This document shows, piece by piece, positions 1 to 10,624 of a DNA stretch of 64,000 nucleotides. The DNA is taken from positions 1,405 through 65,404 of the forward strand of contig CABUDK010000001.1 of assembly GCA_902490315.1 (NCBI GenBank). Reading direction: 5' to 3'. The DNA comes from an uncultured Porphyromonas sp. GTDB lineage: Bacteria; Bacteroidota; Bacteroidia; Bacteroidales; Porphyromonadaceae. Numbering within the stretch: the stretch's first letter is position 1; every line of letters starts with the position of its first letter. A program made the translations under genes and the position numbers. Under the pieces are notes generated by a model. The model saw only the letters and a list, made by a program, of their open reading frames with translations, ran no database searches and had not been told where the DNA came from.

Positions 1-1
1 G

Positions 2-40
2 CTCGAGGTGGAGAAGTATCTCCTCGAGAAGGGGCTGTAA
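2..40 (+). CDS. 3' end of a CDS entering from the left edge (...LEVEKYLLEKGL*)
   Basis: Open frame ending in TAA at 38-40; too short to identify. Confidence 0.5.
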   Translation, partial: LEVEKYLLEKGL

Positions 41-97
41 TGCTGCGCTAGCGGTGTGCTTCGCTTCGTCTGCAGAAATCATTTAATCTAAATAGGT

Positions 98-838
98 ATG
101 GATATGAACAAGCAGTGGACCTTTTGGGCTGCCTTGGTACTGGCGGTGGCCTTTGTACTAGGCATTTGGATCGCAGGGTCGACCTATCTATCGGTGCGTA
201 AGCAGCGTATCGTCTCGGTCACGGGCAATGCGGAGCAAGACTTCGATAGTGATCTGATTGTGTGGAGCGCTTCCTTCCGTGTGCAGCGTGCTACGCTGAG
301 CGACGCTTATGCAGAGATCGAGCGCGAGCGCACGGTGGTGCAGGAGTACCTCCAGCAGGCGGGTCTCAAGGCTGACGGCTACTCCTTCGGGAGCCTAGAT
401 GTGACGCAGAACTACAGCAGTGGCTACGATACGCATGGCAACTATCAGCAGGTGCCTAACGGCTACGTTCTCACACAGACTGTGACCGTGACCAGCGGAG
501 ACCTAGATGGTGTCGAGGAGCTGTCGAAGAGTATCTCCTCGCTGATCTCTCAGGGGGTCGAGATAACGAGCCAAGCGCCTGCTTACTACTACACGAGCCT
601 GGACGACCTCAAGCATCAGATGCTCCGCCAAGCCTCCGAGGACGCACTAGATCGTGCCGAGGAGATCGCCTCGGGAAGCCGTGGCAAGGTGGGTAAGCTG
701 CAGAATGCCTCGATGGGCGTCTTCCAAATCGTCGGCAAGAACGCTGGCGAAGACTACTCGTGGGGTGGCGCGTTCAACACCTCCTCACGTCACAAGACGA
801 TCTCCGTCACCGTCCGCGCTACCTACGCTCTCCGCTAG
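98..838 (+). CDS. SIMPL (DUF541) domain protein
   Basis: N-terminal TM helix, VSVTGNAE motif, A..DA..RAEEIA...G.KVGKL and K.ISVTV..TY C-terminus typical of SIMPL. Confidence 0.85.
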   Translation: MDMNKQWTFWAALVLAVAFVLGIWIAGSTYLSVRKQRIVSVTGNAEQDFDSDLIVWSASFRVQRATLSDAYAEIERERTVVQEYLQQAGLKADGYSFGSLDVTQNYSSGYDTHGNYQQVPNGYVLTQTVTVTSGDLDGVEELSKSISSLISQGVEITSQAPAYYYTSLDDLKHQMLRQASEDALDRAEEIASGSRGKVGKLQNASMGVFQIVGKNAGEDYSWGGAFNTSSRHKTISVTVRATYALR

Positions 839-850
839 AGTACAGACGAA

Positions 851-960
851 TAACGATTTTGTAGGGACGCACGGTCTGTGCGTCCGTTGTATCAAATGTT
901 ACAGCGTCATGTTTTTAACGGGGACGGACGCACAGACCGTGCGTCCCTACAAAATCGTTA
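851..960. repeat. GTAG-type REP doublet (REPIN): 37-bp perfect inverted arms around a 36-bp spacer
   Basis: taacgattttGTAGggacgcacggtctgtgcgtccgt (851-887) is the exact reverse complement of 924-960; each arm has GTAG followed by an internal palindrome. Confidence 0.85.
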
Positions 961-1022
961 CCCGTCAAAATCGCCCTGCGTTCGGAGTATCGCTATCACT
1001 ACCATTTGTACCAAATAATCAG

Positions 1023-1030
1023 TACCTTTG
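1023..1030 (+). promoter_or_regulatory. Bacteroidetes -7 promoter element (TAnnTTTG)
   Basis: TACCTTTG ~35 nt upstream of the dCMP deaminase start. Confidence 0.65.
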
Positions 1031-1063
1031 TGGCGGTTTACGCTATGAGTAAATCACTACACG

Positions 1064-1549
1064 ATGACAATCACACCGACTACCCCCTCTGCTTCTGACT
1101 CAAAGCAGACGATCTTGGATCGCCGTTATCTGCGCATGGCTCGTATATGGGCTGAGAACTCTTACTGTCGACGTCGACAAGTAGGAGCCTTGATCGTACA
1201 CAATCAGATGATTATCTCAGACGGATACAACGGTACGCCCTCGGGATTTGAAAATGTCTGCGAAGATGACGAAGGGATTACCAAGCCTTACGTCCTCCAC
1301 GCTGAGGCCAATGCGATTACCAAGGTGGCGGCATCGGGCAATAACTGCACGGGTGCGACCATTTACATTACCGCTTCTCCCTGCCTAGAGTGTGCTAAGC
1401 TGATCATCCAGAGTCGCATACGACGTGTCGTGTATGGTGAGCAGTACCGACTCACCGATGGTGTCGAGCTACTCGAGCGTGCTGGCATTGAGGTAGTCTA
1501 CATACCGCTGGACGAGATCTCAACTACTGTCGACTCCTCGACCCATTAG
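1064..1549 (+). CDS. dCMP deaminase family protein
   Basis: HAEANA and PCLEC zinc-binding motifs, GYNG motif. Confidence 0.92.
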   Translation: MTITPTTPSASDSKQTILDRRYLRMARIWAENSYCRRRQVGALIVHNQMIISDGYNGTPSGFENVCEDDEGITKPYVLHAEANAITKVAASGNNCTGATIYITASPCLECAKLIIQSRIRRVVYGEQYRLTDGVELLERAGIEVVYIPLDEISTTVDSSTH

Positions 1550-1582
1550 TATATGTACCTATCTAGATATTGAGAAGAACAA

Positions 1583-3184
1583 ATGGTAGATATGCGTCGT
1601 CAGTATAAATATTTAATCTGTTTCCTAGTGGGGGCGCTCATTGGTGCAGGTGCTTTTTGGCTATTCTCGCGCTATCGGGGGATCACGCACGCAGATAAGT
1701 TTGACCAGGTACTGCAGCTAGTCGATAAGTATTATGTAGACTCTGTCGATATCGAGCAGCTACGTACGGACATACTCCCTTATATGCTTGGGTCGCTTGA
1801 TCCGCACTCTACTTATATACCACCGTTAGAGTCGGAGATGGAGGAGCAGAGACTGGAGGGACAGTTTGAGGGAATAGGGATCATCTACAACATCATCACC
1901 GACACGATCGTCGTCGACCAAGTGTTCGCTGGAGGTCCCTCTGAGACCGCCGGTCTAGAGCCTGGTGATCGTATCTTAACCTGCGATGGCAAGAGCCTCC
2001 TCGGTGAGCGCAACAACCAAGACACCATCACCTCAGCACTCAGAGGTCCGAAGGGATCGGTCGCACATCTATCGATACTACGTCGCCATACACGACGAAA
2101 TGTGAGTGTCGTGCGTGGTCCTGTGCCGATTAGAAGCATAGATGTGAGCTATATGCTTACGCCGACCATTGGACTGATGCAGATCACCACCTGGGCGCGT
2201 ACTACTTATGACGAGTTCATTCAGCACTGGGGTGAGTTGCAGCGATCTGGAGCCAAAGCTCTAATCCTCGATCTGAGAGACAATACGGGGGGCTACATGG
2301 ATGCAGCTGTTGCTGTTGCCAATGAGTTCCTTAGCAAGGATCAATTGATCGTCTATACGGAGGGTCGCACGATGCCTCGTGAAGATGTGGTCGCCAACGG
2401 CGAGGGCATGCTGCAGAAGTTGCCTCTAGTAGTGCTGGTCAATGAGAACAGTGCCTCGTCCTCTGAGATCTTTTCGGGGGCTATGCAAGACCACGACCGG
2501 GCGATGATCGTAGGACGACAGACCTATGGCAAGGGTTTGGTTCAGCAGCCCTTTACCTTCCCAGATCACTCTAGCGTACGTCTCACGGTGGCTCGCTACT
2601 ATACGCCATCGGGTCGCAACATACAGCGCCCCTATGAGCAGGGGAGTCTCTCCTCGATCGAGGAGAGTCTTATGAGCGTCTCTGGCATCAAGCCCGTAGG
2701 CGACTATGCCGATACGCTCTCACTGACTAAGCAAAAGCAGCGGGAGTATCATAGCGATAAGGGGCGTCTCCTCTTCAGCGGTTATGGCATCATGCCCGAT
2801 ATCTTCGTACCGCAAGACACAGCGATGATCAATGCTTATGCAGCACGTCTGATCATGTCTGGGGCGATGCAGGAGTTTGCCTTTTACTTTGTCGACTTAA
2901 ATAGAGAGAACCTCCGTGAGATTAGCTCAGTCCGGGAGTTGCTAGCTTTGCTTGCTCAGGAGAAGTCTCTAATCAACGATCTAGCCGCATACGCTGCTGA
3001 CCAAGGCATAGCCCAGCGGCCACTGATGCTACGCCAAGCCACGCAGCGCTTGCAGCTACAGATGCATGCCTTGATAGCTAATCATCTCTTCGGTGCTACG
3101 GGCTTCTATCAGGTGATAACCCAAGGCGATCCGATGATCAGCAGCGCAGAGCAATATCTACAGGAAAATTATCACACACGATGA
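1583..3184 (+). CDS. S41 family C-terminal processing peptidase (PDZ + peptidase)
   Basis: LDPHS, GIGI PDZ loop, LDLRDNTGG, SASSSEIF, TYGKGLVQ, RYYTPSGR. Confidence 0.93.
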   Translation: MVDMRRQYKYLICFLVGALIGAGAFWLFSRYRGITHADKFDQVLQLVDKYYVDSVDIEQLRTDILPYMLGSLDPHSTYIPPLESEMEEQRLEGQFEGIGIIYNIITDTIVVDQVFAGGPSETAGLEPGDRILTCDGKSLLGERNNQDTITSALRGPKGSVAHLSILRRHTRRNVSVVRGPVPIRSIDVSYMLTPTIGLMQITTWARTTYDEFIQHWGELQRSGAKALILDLRDNTGGYMDAAVAVANEFLSKDQLIVYTEGRTMPREDVVANGEGMLQKLPLVVLVNENSASSSEIFSGAMQDHDRAMIVGRQTYGKGLVQQPFTFPDHSSVRLTVARYYTPSGRNIQRPYEQGSLSSIEESLMSVSGIKPVGDYADTLSLTKQKQREYHSDKGRLLFSGYGIMPDIFVPQDTAMINAYAARLIMSGAMQEFAFYFVDLNRENLREISSVRELLALLAQEKSLINDLAAYAADQGIAQRPLMLRQATQRLQLQMHALIANHLFGATGFYQVITQGDPMISSAEQYLQENYHTR

Positions 3185-3768
3185 TGAGTTGTGACAAAGT
3201 GAGAGAGGAGAAAAAAGCATTACGCCGTGCCATCCGTGCTAAGATGCGGAGTGAATGGACCGAGGAGTACCGACAGGCGGTCTCGGAGCGTGTCTGTCGG
3301 CAGATAGAGACGTTTCTACCCTTCGTGCGTAGTCATTGCGTAGCACTATACTGCGCCCTGCCCGACGAGGTAGACCTGACTGCTATCTTAGAGCGCTACC
3401 AGAGCGACAAGAGACTCCTCATCCCCCGCGTGGAGGGTGACGATATCAACTTCTACACCTATCAGCCCGAGTCGCTCATTACCAGCGAGGACTACAAGAT
3501 CCTTGAGCCGACAGCAGCTACTGAGGAGGCGATAGATCCAGCAGAGATAGAGCTTATCTTGGTGCCGGGGGTCGCATTCGACCTGCATGGTGGACGTATG
3601 GGTCGTGGCAAGGGTTACTACGATCGCTTCTTCGCACGCTGTCCCCATGCCCTTCGAGCAGCGGTCACCTCCTCGCTACAGATCGTCGAGCAGATCCCGC
3701 TAGAGCCGTGGGACGAGGCGATGCACTATATCATATCAGATGGTCAGACCTACGAGGTACGCGACTAA
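3181..3768 (+). CDS. 5-formyltetrahydrofolate cyclo-ligase
   Basis: ILVPGVAFD..G.RMGRGKGYYDR signature. Confidence 0.93.
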   Translation: MMSCDKVREEKKALRRAIRAKMRSEWTEEYRQAVSERVCRQIETFLPFVRSHCVALYCALPDEVDLTAILERYQSDKRLLIPRVEGDDINFYTYQPESLITSEDYKILEPTAATEEAIDPAEIELILVPGVAFDLHGGRMGRGKGYYDRFFARCPHALRAAVTSSLQIVEQIPLEPWDEAMHYIISDGQTYEVRD

Positions 3769-3798
3769 CGAAGTCACACGACTCGACAGACTCTGAAC

Positions 3799-3855
3799 AA
3801 AAAAGCTCCCCCCATCACAGTACATCGACTGCGATGGGGGGAGCGCTTATTTATT
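3799..3855. terminator. Bidirectional intrinsic terminator between convergent genes
   Basis: gctccccccatc...gatggggggagc stem flanked by an A-run and a T-rich tract. Confidence 0.75.
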
Positions 3856-3900
3856 GGTGTAGGCTATCGCTTCGTGGCGATAGCCTTTTCTAGCTTATTA

Positions 3901-5103
3901 TTATAGGAGTGCGTCTAGACCACACTTAAGGTCTGCGATGATGTCCTCGACATTCTCTAGACCGATAGAGAGACGTACCATACCCTCACCAATGTCAGAA
4001 GCAGCACGCTCCTCAGGTGTGTAGGGCGAGTGAGTCATGCTAGCTGGGTGCTCGATAAGCGTCTCAGCATCACCAAGGCTCACGCAGAGTGTAGCTAGGT
4101 GGAGGCTATTCATCAGCTTGCGACCAGCCTCTAGACCACCCTTGAGCTCGAAGGCGATCATAGCACCTGGTAGGCGCATCTGCTTCTGAGCTAGCTCATA
4201 CTGTGGGAAGCTCTTGAGACCTGGGTAAGCGATCGAGGCGATAGCGGGGTGCTGCTCGAGGAACTCAGCGACACGCTGTGCATTAGCGCAGTGACGCTCC
4301 ATACGTATCTCCAAAGTCTTGATACCACGAGCGATCAGGTATGCTTCGAACGGGCCTAGGACTGATCCCGTCATATCCTTTACAGCAAAGAGACGCACCT
4401 GGTCGATATATTCCTTGCGACCGACGACAAATCCGGCGATCACATCACCGTGACCATTCAGATACTTCGTAGCTGAGTGTACTACGACATCAGCACCGAG
4501 GTCTAGAGGACGCGTGATAAAAGGCGTGCAGTAAGTATTGTCCACCATCAGCACAGTACCCTCCTGGCTGTGAGCTATCTTGGCAGCGCCTTCGATATCT
4601 GTCAGGTACATGTTAGGGTTGGCCGGGGTCTCGATGTAGACCAGCTTCGTATTGGGGCGCATAGCAGCCTTGATCTCATCAAGATTGCGCGCATCGACGA
4701 AGGTCACCTCCACACCAAAGCGTGAGAGCCCGTGCTCGAGGAATGAGTAAGTGCAGCCGTAGAGCGTCTTACCTGCGACGATGTGGTCACCAGCCTGCAC
4801 CAAGGGGTAGATAGCCGAGGTGATCGCACCAATGCCTGAAGAGGCGCTGACGCAAGCCTCACCACCCTCTAGAGAGGCAACCTTCTGCTCAGCAGCTGTG
4901 CAAGTAGGATTCCCCAGACGAGTGTAGATGTACCCGTCCTCCTCAAGGGCAAAGCGTCTGCCACCCTGCTCCGCAGAGTCAAAAACAAAAGTAGAGGTCT
5001 GATAAATAGGTGTAGCCAGCGTACCGTGCTGATTGCGCTCGCTACCAGCATGGATGGCACGCGTAGCGAAGCCCATCTGCTGTAGTTCTTTTGGATCAAT
5101 CAT
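3901..5103 (-). CDS. mgl: Methionine gamma-lyase (PLP, Cys/Met metabolism family)
   Basis: [14 protein letters not shown] (Cys typical of MGL), [36 protein letters not shown]. Confidence 0.9.
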   Translation of the reverse strand: MIDPKELQQMGFATRAIHAGSERNQHGTLATPIYQTSTFVFDSAEQGGRRFALEEDGYIYTRLGNPTCTAAEQKVASLEGGEACVSASSGIGAITSAIYPLVQAGDHIVAGKTLYGCTYSFLEHGLSRFGVEVTFVDARNLDEIKAAMRPNTKLVYIETPANPNMYLTDIEGAAKIAHSQEGTVLMVDNTYCTPFITRPLDLGADVVVHSATKYLNGHGDVIAGFVVGRKEYIDQVRLFAVKDMTGSVLGPFEAYLIARGIKTLEIRMERHCANAQRVAEFLEQHPAIASIAYPGLKSFPQYELAQKQMRLPGAMIAFELKGGLEAGRKLMNSLHLATLCVSLGDAETLIEHPASMTHSPYTPEERAASDIGEGMVRLSIGLENVEDIIADLKCGLDALL

Positions 5104-5284
5104 TATGCTTTATCTAAAGATTCGATTATTCGGTACGAAGGTACGAAAAAATAGCGCTCACGACTAGATATAAGGGCTCGAAGGAGAAAGAAAGATAGCA
5201 TAACGATCAGCGGGTTGTTCGTCATTCCAGCCCCACTGTTCATCCGACTTCACTTCGAGCGTCTCCGATCTCGTCAACTGCCAA

Positions 5285-5470
5285 TTCCTCCGAAGCTATT
5301 CCTGAATAGCTCGCTGAAAAATAAAAAATCTCCAGTGAGCTATGGGAAAATACTTCGGAAGAATCAAATGATACTTCGGAAGAATCAACTGATAAGTCCG
5401 AAGAATTTTTTCGTTCCTCCAGGGAAATCGCAAATTTCCTCCGAAGAATTTCCCGATTTCTTCCGTGAGA
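5285..5470 (+). repeat. Dispersed phased-palindrome element, copy 1
   Basis: TTCYTCNGARGAA-like units every 21-22 bp, e.g. tacttcggaagaatcaaatga tacttcggaagaatcaactga; boundaries approximate. Confidence 0.85.
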
Positions 5471-5624
5471 TTACTGATTTATTCGGTAGCAACTGTTCAT
5501 CTAAGCGATTAGAAGTCTCTCGATCCTGCTATAGAAGCCGAGAGTTTAGAAAGTCCTAATAGAACTTCCGAGTAGATTATTGTCGTACCAATATATTGCT
5601 ATTGTGTACTAAATAAATAATTAC

Positions 5625-5632
5625 TACCTTTG
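5625..5632 (+). promoter_or_regulatory. -7 promoter element for the LRR gene pair
   Basis: TACCTTTG preceded by an AT-rich tract. Confidence 0.65.
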
Positions 5633-5698
5633 CCGCAACAAGTACGATAGTGTACGTGTTGAGAAACAAATAGTCCTAATCAAAACAAACTCAAAACA

Positions 5699-8203
5699 AT
5701 GAATCACCGATTACTTATTGCTACGCTGCTAGCCCTCCTCGGGATGGCTATTTATGCGCCACTATCAGCTCAAAAGGCTGGCGAGGGAAACGTCATTATT
5801 ATGAAGCTCATAGAGCTCCCTACCAACGATGACGATGAGCCTATGCCACTCTCACTAGACGTACAGGGAGAGGGAGAAATAACCATCGATGGAGTCACAG
5901 AGACTTATGCCGCGGATCGTAAATCCTATATGCCCACAGGGCTGGAGATTACGATCCGTGGTGCTGTTAAGTCTATTAGTTGCAGCTCTAGCGTGCTTTT
6001 TGTAGTAGATATCACCAACTCAAAGACGATCGAGAAGCTTAGCGTCAACAATAGCTCGATCTCCGACCTACAAGCTAAGAATGTCACCACGCTCAAAGAG
6101 CTAAACTGTGCCTACAGCTCCCTGCCTGCGCTAGACTTAACGGGCTGTACAGGACTAAAGATCCTCAAGGGCAACGCCAACATGAAGCTTCAGAGTGTCA
6201 CCCTCACAGGGTGTACAGCACTCGAGGAGCTAGAGCTACAAAACAGCGAGGTCTCTGAGCTAGACATAACGGGGCTAGTCAATCTGAAGAGTATAAATGT
6301 GGATCGTAACCCTGTTAAGAAACTCAACCTAAAGGGAATGAGTAAGCTGACGACACTGGACCTGCTTCAGACGAAGGTTACCGCACTGGATCTCTCTGAT
6401 TGTACTGCACTGGAGATGCTTACAGCCTCTAGTTGTAGCGAGCTGTCATCTATCCAGCTGCCTAAGTCTGACAAGCTGCAGTACATCTACCTACAGGAGT
6501 CTCAGATAGAGGAGATTGACTTATCTAATCATGCTTCACTAGTTCAAGTCTACCTAGAGCGCTGCCAGAAACTTGCCAAGGTAAACGTCTCCAATTGCCC
6601 CAAGCTTAAGCTGCTCAGCTTGCACCTCTGTGCACTTCCTGCGGAGGCTACGCTAGCCATTGTAGAGAGCCTTGCAGATCATAGTGCCGACTACAATGCT
6701 ATGATGCCAGCCTACAAGATCTTTGCTCTTGGCACTAAGGTTACATACAAGGAGGGCAATGTTTGGTCACCCAAGGCTGCTAGTGTAGCTAGACGCAAGG
6801 GGTGGGCACTATTTAGCAAGAATGAGGATGAGTATGGAGAGCCTACACCTATTTTCGAGTATGCTAAGGTTACCATCAACGAGACAGAGCACGGGACGAT
6901 AGCTATCGAGGGTTACGACAAGGAAGACTGGCCCTTTATGCCACAAGGTGAGACCTACAAGGTGGTCGCTACACCTGAGGAGGGCTATGAGCTACAGGAG
7001 CTCAAGGTCAATGACGACGATATCCTAGAGGATCGAGAGTTTCAGCTATTTGAAGATAGCAAGATCACGGCTACCTTTGCAAAGGCTGGCCCTGTAACCT
7101 ACGAGTACTACCTAACGAAGGTGGAGCCTACGGTCGCCACAGCTACTGTCTACACCTACGGCTATGACGAAAACAAAAATTGGGTATCTCGCACCTCTAT
7201 GAAGAGCGACGGAACTGTCGAGTCTCGCAACGATATACGATACGATGAGGAGGGACGTATCTCAGATATTGACATCACGCTAGCCTATGACAATGGCAAG
7301 CCCAGTATGTTTACTCACTATACATACGATGATCAGGGTCGTATGGTAAGACGCCAGATGAAGCTCTTTACAACCGATATGGCTGACACCAAGATCGCCT
7401 ATCGTCCCGATGGACAGATAGACTATTGGACAGAGCAGAGCGCCAAAGTGATGAATGACTACATCTACAACGACAAGGGACAGCTCATCGAGGAGCAGTT
7501 TGGAGAGGCTACAGGAGTAGATACAGATCACCCCACAGTGTCGACCCCCACAGGCAAGACCTTCTACAGCTACAACGACAAGGGACAGAAGTCAGAGGTC
7601 AAGTATGCAGCCGTTCAGACCAAGTGGCTCTACATGAAGGGTGAGCAGTACACGTGGAATGAGCAGGGACTGATGTCCAGCGTCAAGGCGATGAACTATA
7701 CGTATGATCAGGGTGAGACCGATCCTGAGAAGGGTAAGCCTAACCCCGTCTTCGAGCTACGCTATCAGTACGACGACAAGGCTAAGACCAAGGTCTTCTG
7801 GCCTATGCTACCTATTACAGAGGAAAACGGAGGCTTCGGCGAGTTTAGCTATGACCTCAAGGGTTACTGCACAAAGGCTGAGCACTGGCTACTATCCTAT
7901 GGTGATCCTAACCACACCTTTGACTTTATCTATGTCTTTGAGGCTTCACCACGTCACCTCCAGGAGCTAGTAGACAGAGGCTCCACGACGGTACAGTACG
8001 CTTACGGTACGATCACTGCTGAGGGCGCTGCCCTTGAGGGACTTCAGGTATACGACACCACGGGTCAGCTACTGCGTGACTACCACACAGCTCCTTGTCA
8101 GCGCATCGATATGGGTGTCTCTGAGCTACCTGACGGACTATACATCGTTCGCACCATCTCATCTGACAGCACACAAACTGACAAGGTGGTCATAACACAA
8201 TAA
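5699..8203 (+). CDS. Secreted LRR protein with InlB B-repeat-like domain, YD-like repeat region and T9SS C-terminal domain
   Basis: Signal peptide; L..L.L.....L repeats; TINETEHG...VATPEEGYELQELKVN; YTYDDQGR/YIYNDKGQ/YSYNDKGQ; CTD VYDTTGQ...LPDGLYIV...KVVI. Confidence 0.85.
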   Translation: MNHRLLIATLLALLGMAIYAPLSAQKAGEGNVIIMKLIELPTNDDDEPMPLSLDVQGEGEITIDGVTETYAADRKSYMPTGLEITIRGAVKSISCSSSVLFVVDITNSKTIEKLSVNNSSISDLQAKNVTTLKELNCAYSSLPALDLTGCTGLKILKGNANMKLQSVTLTGCTALEELELQNSEVSELDITGLVNLKSINVDRNPVKKLNLKGMSKLTTLDLLQTKVTALDLSDCTALEMLTASSCSELSSIQLPKSDKLQYIYLQESQIEEIDLSNHASLVQVYLERCQKLAKVNVSNCPKLKLLSLHLCALPAEATLAIVESLADHSADYNAMMPAYKIFALGTKVTYKEGNVWSPKAASVARRKGWALFSKNEDEYGEPTPIFEYAKVTINETEHGTIAIEGYDKEDWPFMPQGETYKVVATPEEGYELQELKVNDDDILEDREFQLFEDSKITATFAKAGPVTYEYYLTKVEPTVATATVYTYGYDENKNWVSRTSMKSDGTVESRNDIRYDEEGRISDIDITLAYDNGKPSMFTHYTYDDQGRMVRRQMKLFTTDMADTKIAYRPDGQIDYWTEQSAKVMNDYIYNDKGQLIEEQFGEATGVDTDHPTVSTPTGKTFYSYNDKGQKSEVKYAAVQTKWLYMKGEQYTWNEQGLMSSVKAMNYTYDQGETDPEKGKPNPVFELRYQYDDKAKTKVFWPMLPITEENGGFGEFSYDLKGYCTKAEHWLLSYGDPNHTFDFIYVFEASPRHLQELVDRGSTTVQYAYGTITAEGAALEGLQVYDTTGQLLRDYHTAPCQRIDMGVSELPDGLYIVRTISSDSTQTDKVVITQ

Positions 8204-8215
8204 GCAAAACAAACG

Positions 8216-10516
8216 ATGCTTCACTCTATCATAAGGCGAGGACTCATGACTATGCTCATGGGCCTCGCCCTATGCTCTTTACAGAGCTACGCAGCTTCGC
8301 GTATCCTGTTTACCACGGCTCTGCCCGTAGGATCGACGATCACACTCACCATCTCTGCCGATGGTGCAGTAACGGTCCAAGGCCTAGCAGGAGCTATCCT
8401 CGCTGATGGCAAGCCACACGCCTATACCATTGAGAGTGCTGATGTGAAGCTCTCAGGAGCGATTACGGCGATCACACTCTCTAACCAAAAGCTCTCCGCA
8501 CTAGACATACGTCAGGCGAAAGAGCTGGCGGAGCTACGTTGTGATAATAACAACCTCACCGAGCTAAACATCGCTTACGCCAAGGCGCTCCAACGCCTGG
8601 ACTGTACCTACAACCAGCTAGAGCATCTCGACATCCCCAAAGCCTCTCTCCTCAAGGAGCTGCGTCTCAAGGGCAACTACGTCAAGAGCCTAGCCCTCGC
8701 TCAATGCTCCGACCTAGAGATCCTAGACTACTCGGACAACTACTACCCCACAGCAGTAGATCTGAGCAAGTGTACGAAGCTACAGCAGCTAGATGTGGCG
8801 AAAAATAAGATTCGCTCGCTAGATTTAACGCAAAATGGGGCTCTCCGCGCACTCTCCTGTGGTGACAACCAGATCACTTCCCTAGACGTAACGCACCTAG
8901 CCTCGCTAGAGCGTCTCTCCGTATCAAATTGCTCAGACCTCGAGACGCTGACCCTCGGAGAGCACCCTAAGCTGCTCTTCCTAGACATCTATGGCACGAA
9001 GGTACAGAACCTTGATCTAGCTAAGTATCCTCTACTCGAGGAGCTCTCCTGCGCTTATGCTAAGCTCACAAGCTTAGATCTTTCGCACAGCAAGCAGCTA
9101 CGCAGACTGAGCTGTAGCAAGAATCCCTTTAGGGGACTAGACGTGTCACACTGCCCACTACTTGAGGAGCTCAGCTGTGGAGACCTAGAGATAGCTTCGA
9201 TAGACCTAAGTAACAATCCCAAGCTCACCTCCTTGCAGATGGGACACAACAACCTATCGCAGATAGATCTCTCAGCACAGAAGGAGCTCAAGAGGCTCTA
9301 TCTCTTTAACAACAACATTACCAAGCTCGATCTCTCTGCACAGACTCACCTAGAGGAGCTACTCTGCAATAATAATCTCCTCACCGAGATCACCCTCGCT
9401 ACAGGAGCCCCGCTTAGCAAAGTGGAGATCTACGACAATCAGATCAAGGAGCCTCAGATGGCTCAGATCGTCGCCAAGCTACCTAATCGTACGGGGCTCA
9501 CGAGAGGTCTTTTTAAAGTGATTAATACGCCTAGCCAGACGGAGGGCAATGTCTGCACCAAGACCCTTGTCGATCAAGCTTTAGGTAAGTACTGGCGCGT
9601 GGTCGACTATGCAGACTTTGCCGACTTTGGCAAGGGGCTTGACTATCGAGGCTCTGACGCTCCTGAGTTGGGCGAGGGCATGATCAAGATTACCTTTGAC
9701 AAGGCAGGCCGTACCATACAGCTCACCGTCGGTGTGCTGGGCGAGATGCAAGTCACAGGTACCACCGAGCCAGTCGTCAGCTCCAAGACTCCAGTCTCCT
9801 ATACACTCGAAGGCACAGAGCTACTTCTCCGTGGGGACATCTACAGACTGATCGTCAGTGGAGCCACCATTAAGGGCGTAGAGCTTAACAAGGCGCAGTA
9901 TCTACGTGAGCTGGAGCTGCACAACTATCAGCCCGCAACCATTCAGCTAGCGGATCTACCACACCTCGTGACGCTCAGACTACACGACAATCAGCTCACA
10001 AGCATCGAGTTGAGTGGCACGCCTCTGCTAAACTTCCTCTCCTGCTATGGCAACAAGCTGACCGTCGAGGCGGGTAAGAAGATCATTGCAAGCCTGCCCA
10101 AGCGTCTCAAAGAGGAGAAAGCAACCATCCTCTGGCTCAATAGTCAGGGAGCGGGTGCTGACAATGCATTCCAAGAGGAGCTTCTCTACCTCGCTCATGC
10201 TCAGGGCTGGGAGATGAGCGACTATCTAGGAGGAAACAGTGGCGACACAGGTGCACCTATCGGCTTCCCGATAGCGAACGAGCCTGTCTTCACTTCCACA
10301 GTCGAGTCGGCGCTACAAGTGAGCGTGGAGCTAGATATGCTACACATCGCTACAGCACCTGACACACCGATTGCGCTCTATGACATGATGGGGCAGCTAC
10401 TGCTGCAGACTCAGTCAGATGCTGATGGGCTGTGCGAGATACCGCTAGCATCCCTCACAGAGGGACTCTACATTGTTGCTACACCTGTCGAGGCGGTCAA
10501 GTGCGTCATCCCTTGA
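8216..10516 (+). CDS. Secreted internalin/BspA-like LRR protein with T9SS C-terminal domain
   Basis: Signal peptide; many L.C..N.L..LDLS repeats in two blocks; CTD LYDMMGQ...EGLYIV...K. Confidence 0.87.
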   Translation: MLHSIIRRGLMTMLMGLALCSLQSYAASRILFTTALPVGSTITLTISADGAVTVQGLAGAILADGKPHAYTIESADVKLSGAITAITLSNQKLSALDIRQAKELAELRCDNNNLTELNIAYAKALQRLDCTYNQLEHLDIPKASLLKELRLKGNYVKSLALAQCSDLEILDYSDNYYPTAVDLSKCTKLQQLDVAKNKIRSLDLTQNGALRALSCGDNQITSLDVTHLASLERLSVSNCSDLETLTLGEHPKLLFLDIYGTKVQNLDLAKYPLLEELSCAYAKLTSLDLSHSKQLRRLSCSKNPFRGLDVSHCPLLEELSCGDLEIASIDLSNNPKLTSLQMGHNNLSQIDLSAQKELKRLYLFNNNITKLDLSAQTHLEELLCNNNLLTEITLATGAPLSKVEIYDNQIKEPQMAQIVAKLPNRTGLTRGLFKVINTPSQTEGNVCTKTLVDQALGKYWRVVDYADFADFGKGLDYRGSDAPELGEGMIKITFDKAGRTIQLTVGVLGEMQVTGTTEPVVSSKTPVSYTLEGTELLLRGDIYRLIVSGATIKGVELNKAQYLRELELHNYQPATIQLADLPHLVTLRLHDNQLTSIELSGTPLLNFLSCYGNKLTVEAGKKIIASLPKRLKEEKATILWLNSQGAGADNAFQEELLYLAHAQGWEMSDYLGGNSGDTGAPIGFPIANEPVFTSTVESALQVSVELDMLHIATAPDTPIALYDMMGQLLLQTQSDADGLCEIPLASLTEGLYIVATPVEAVKCVIP

Positions 10517-10572
10517 ATAAACATGTCAATCCAATAGGGGAACCGTAGACTGCTCTCCGCAGTCTCAAAACA

Positions 10573-10613
10573 AGTAGAGGCTCATCCCGTCGGGGAGAGC
10601 CTCTACGCTTTTT
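10573..10613. terminator. Intrinsic terminator between the LRR gene and marC
   Basis: gtagaggctc...gagcctctac stem followed by a T-run. Confidence 0.75.
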
Positions 10614-10624
10614 GTGTACAGCCT

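Noticed and set aside
654..1052. 132-aa ORF overlapping SIMPL and the REPIN
   Set aside because: Alternate-frame read-through into a REP hairpin; no protein features
5285..5470. Phased-palindrome arrays as CRISPR arrays
   Set aside because: Period of 21-22 bp with 8-9 bp spacers is far too short, repeats are degenerate, and there are no cas genes
5215..5559. ORFs with ILRKNQ heptad repeats (also 31182-31451, 31204-31578, 62227-62490)
   Set aside because: By-product of the 21-bp repeat period; starts and ends are not conserved between copies and 22-bp steps shift the frame
7100..7950. YD-like region as an RHS toxin
   Set aside because: Too short, no DP.G core-end motif, followed by a T9SS CTD and no immunity gene
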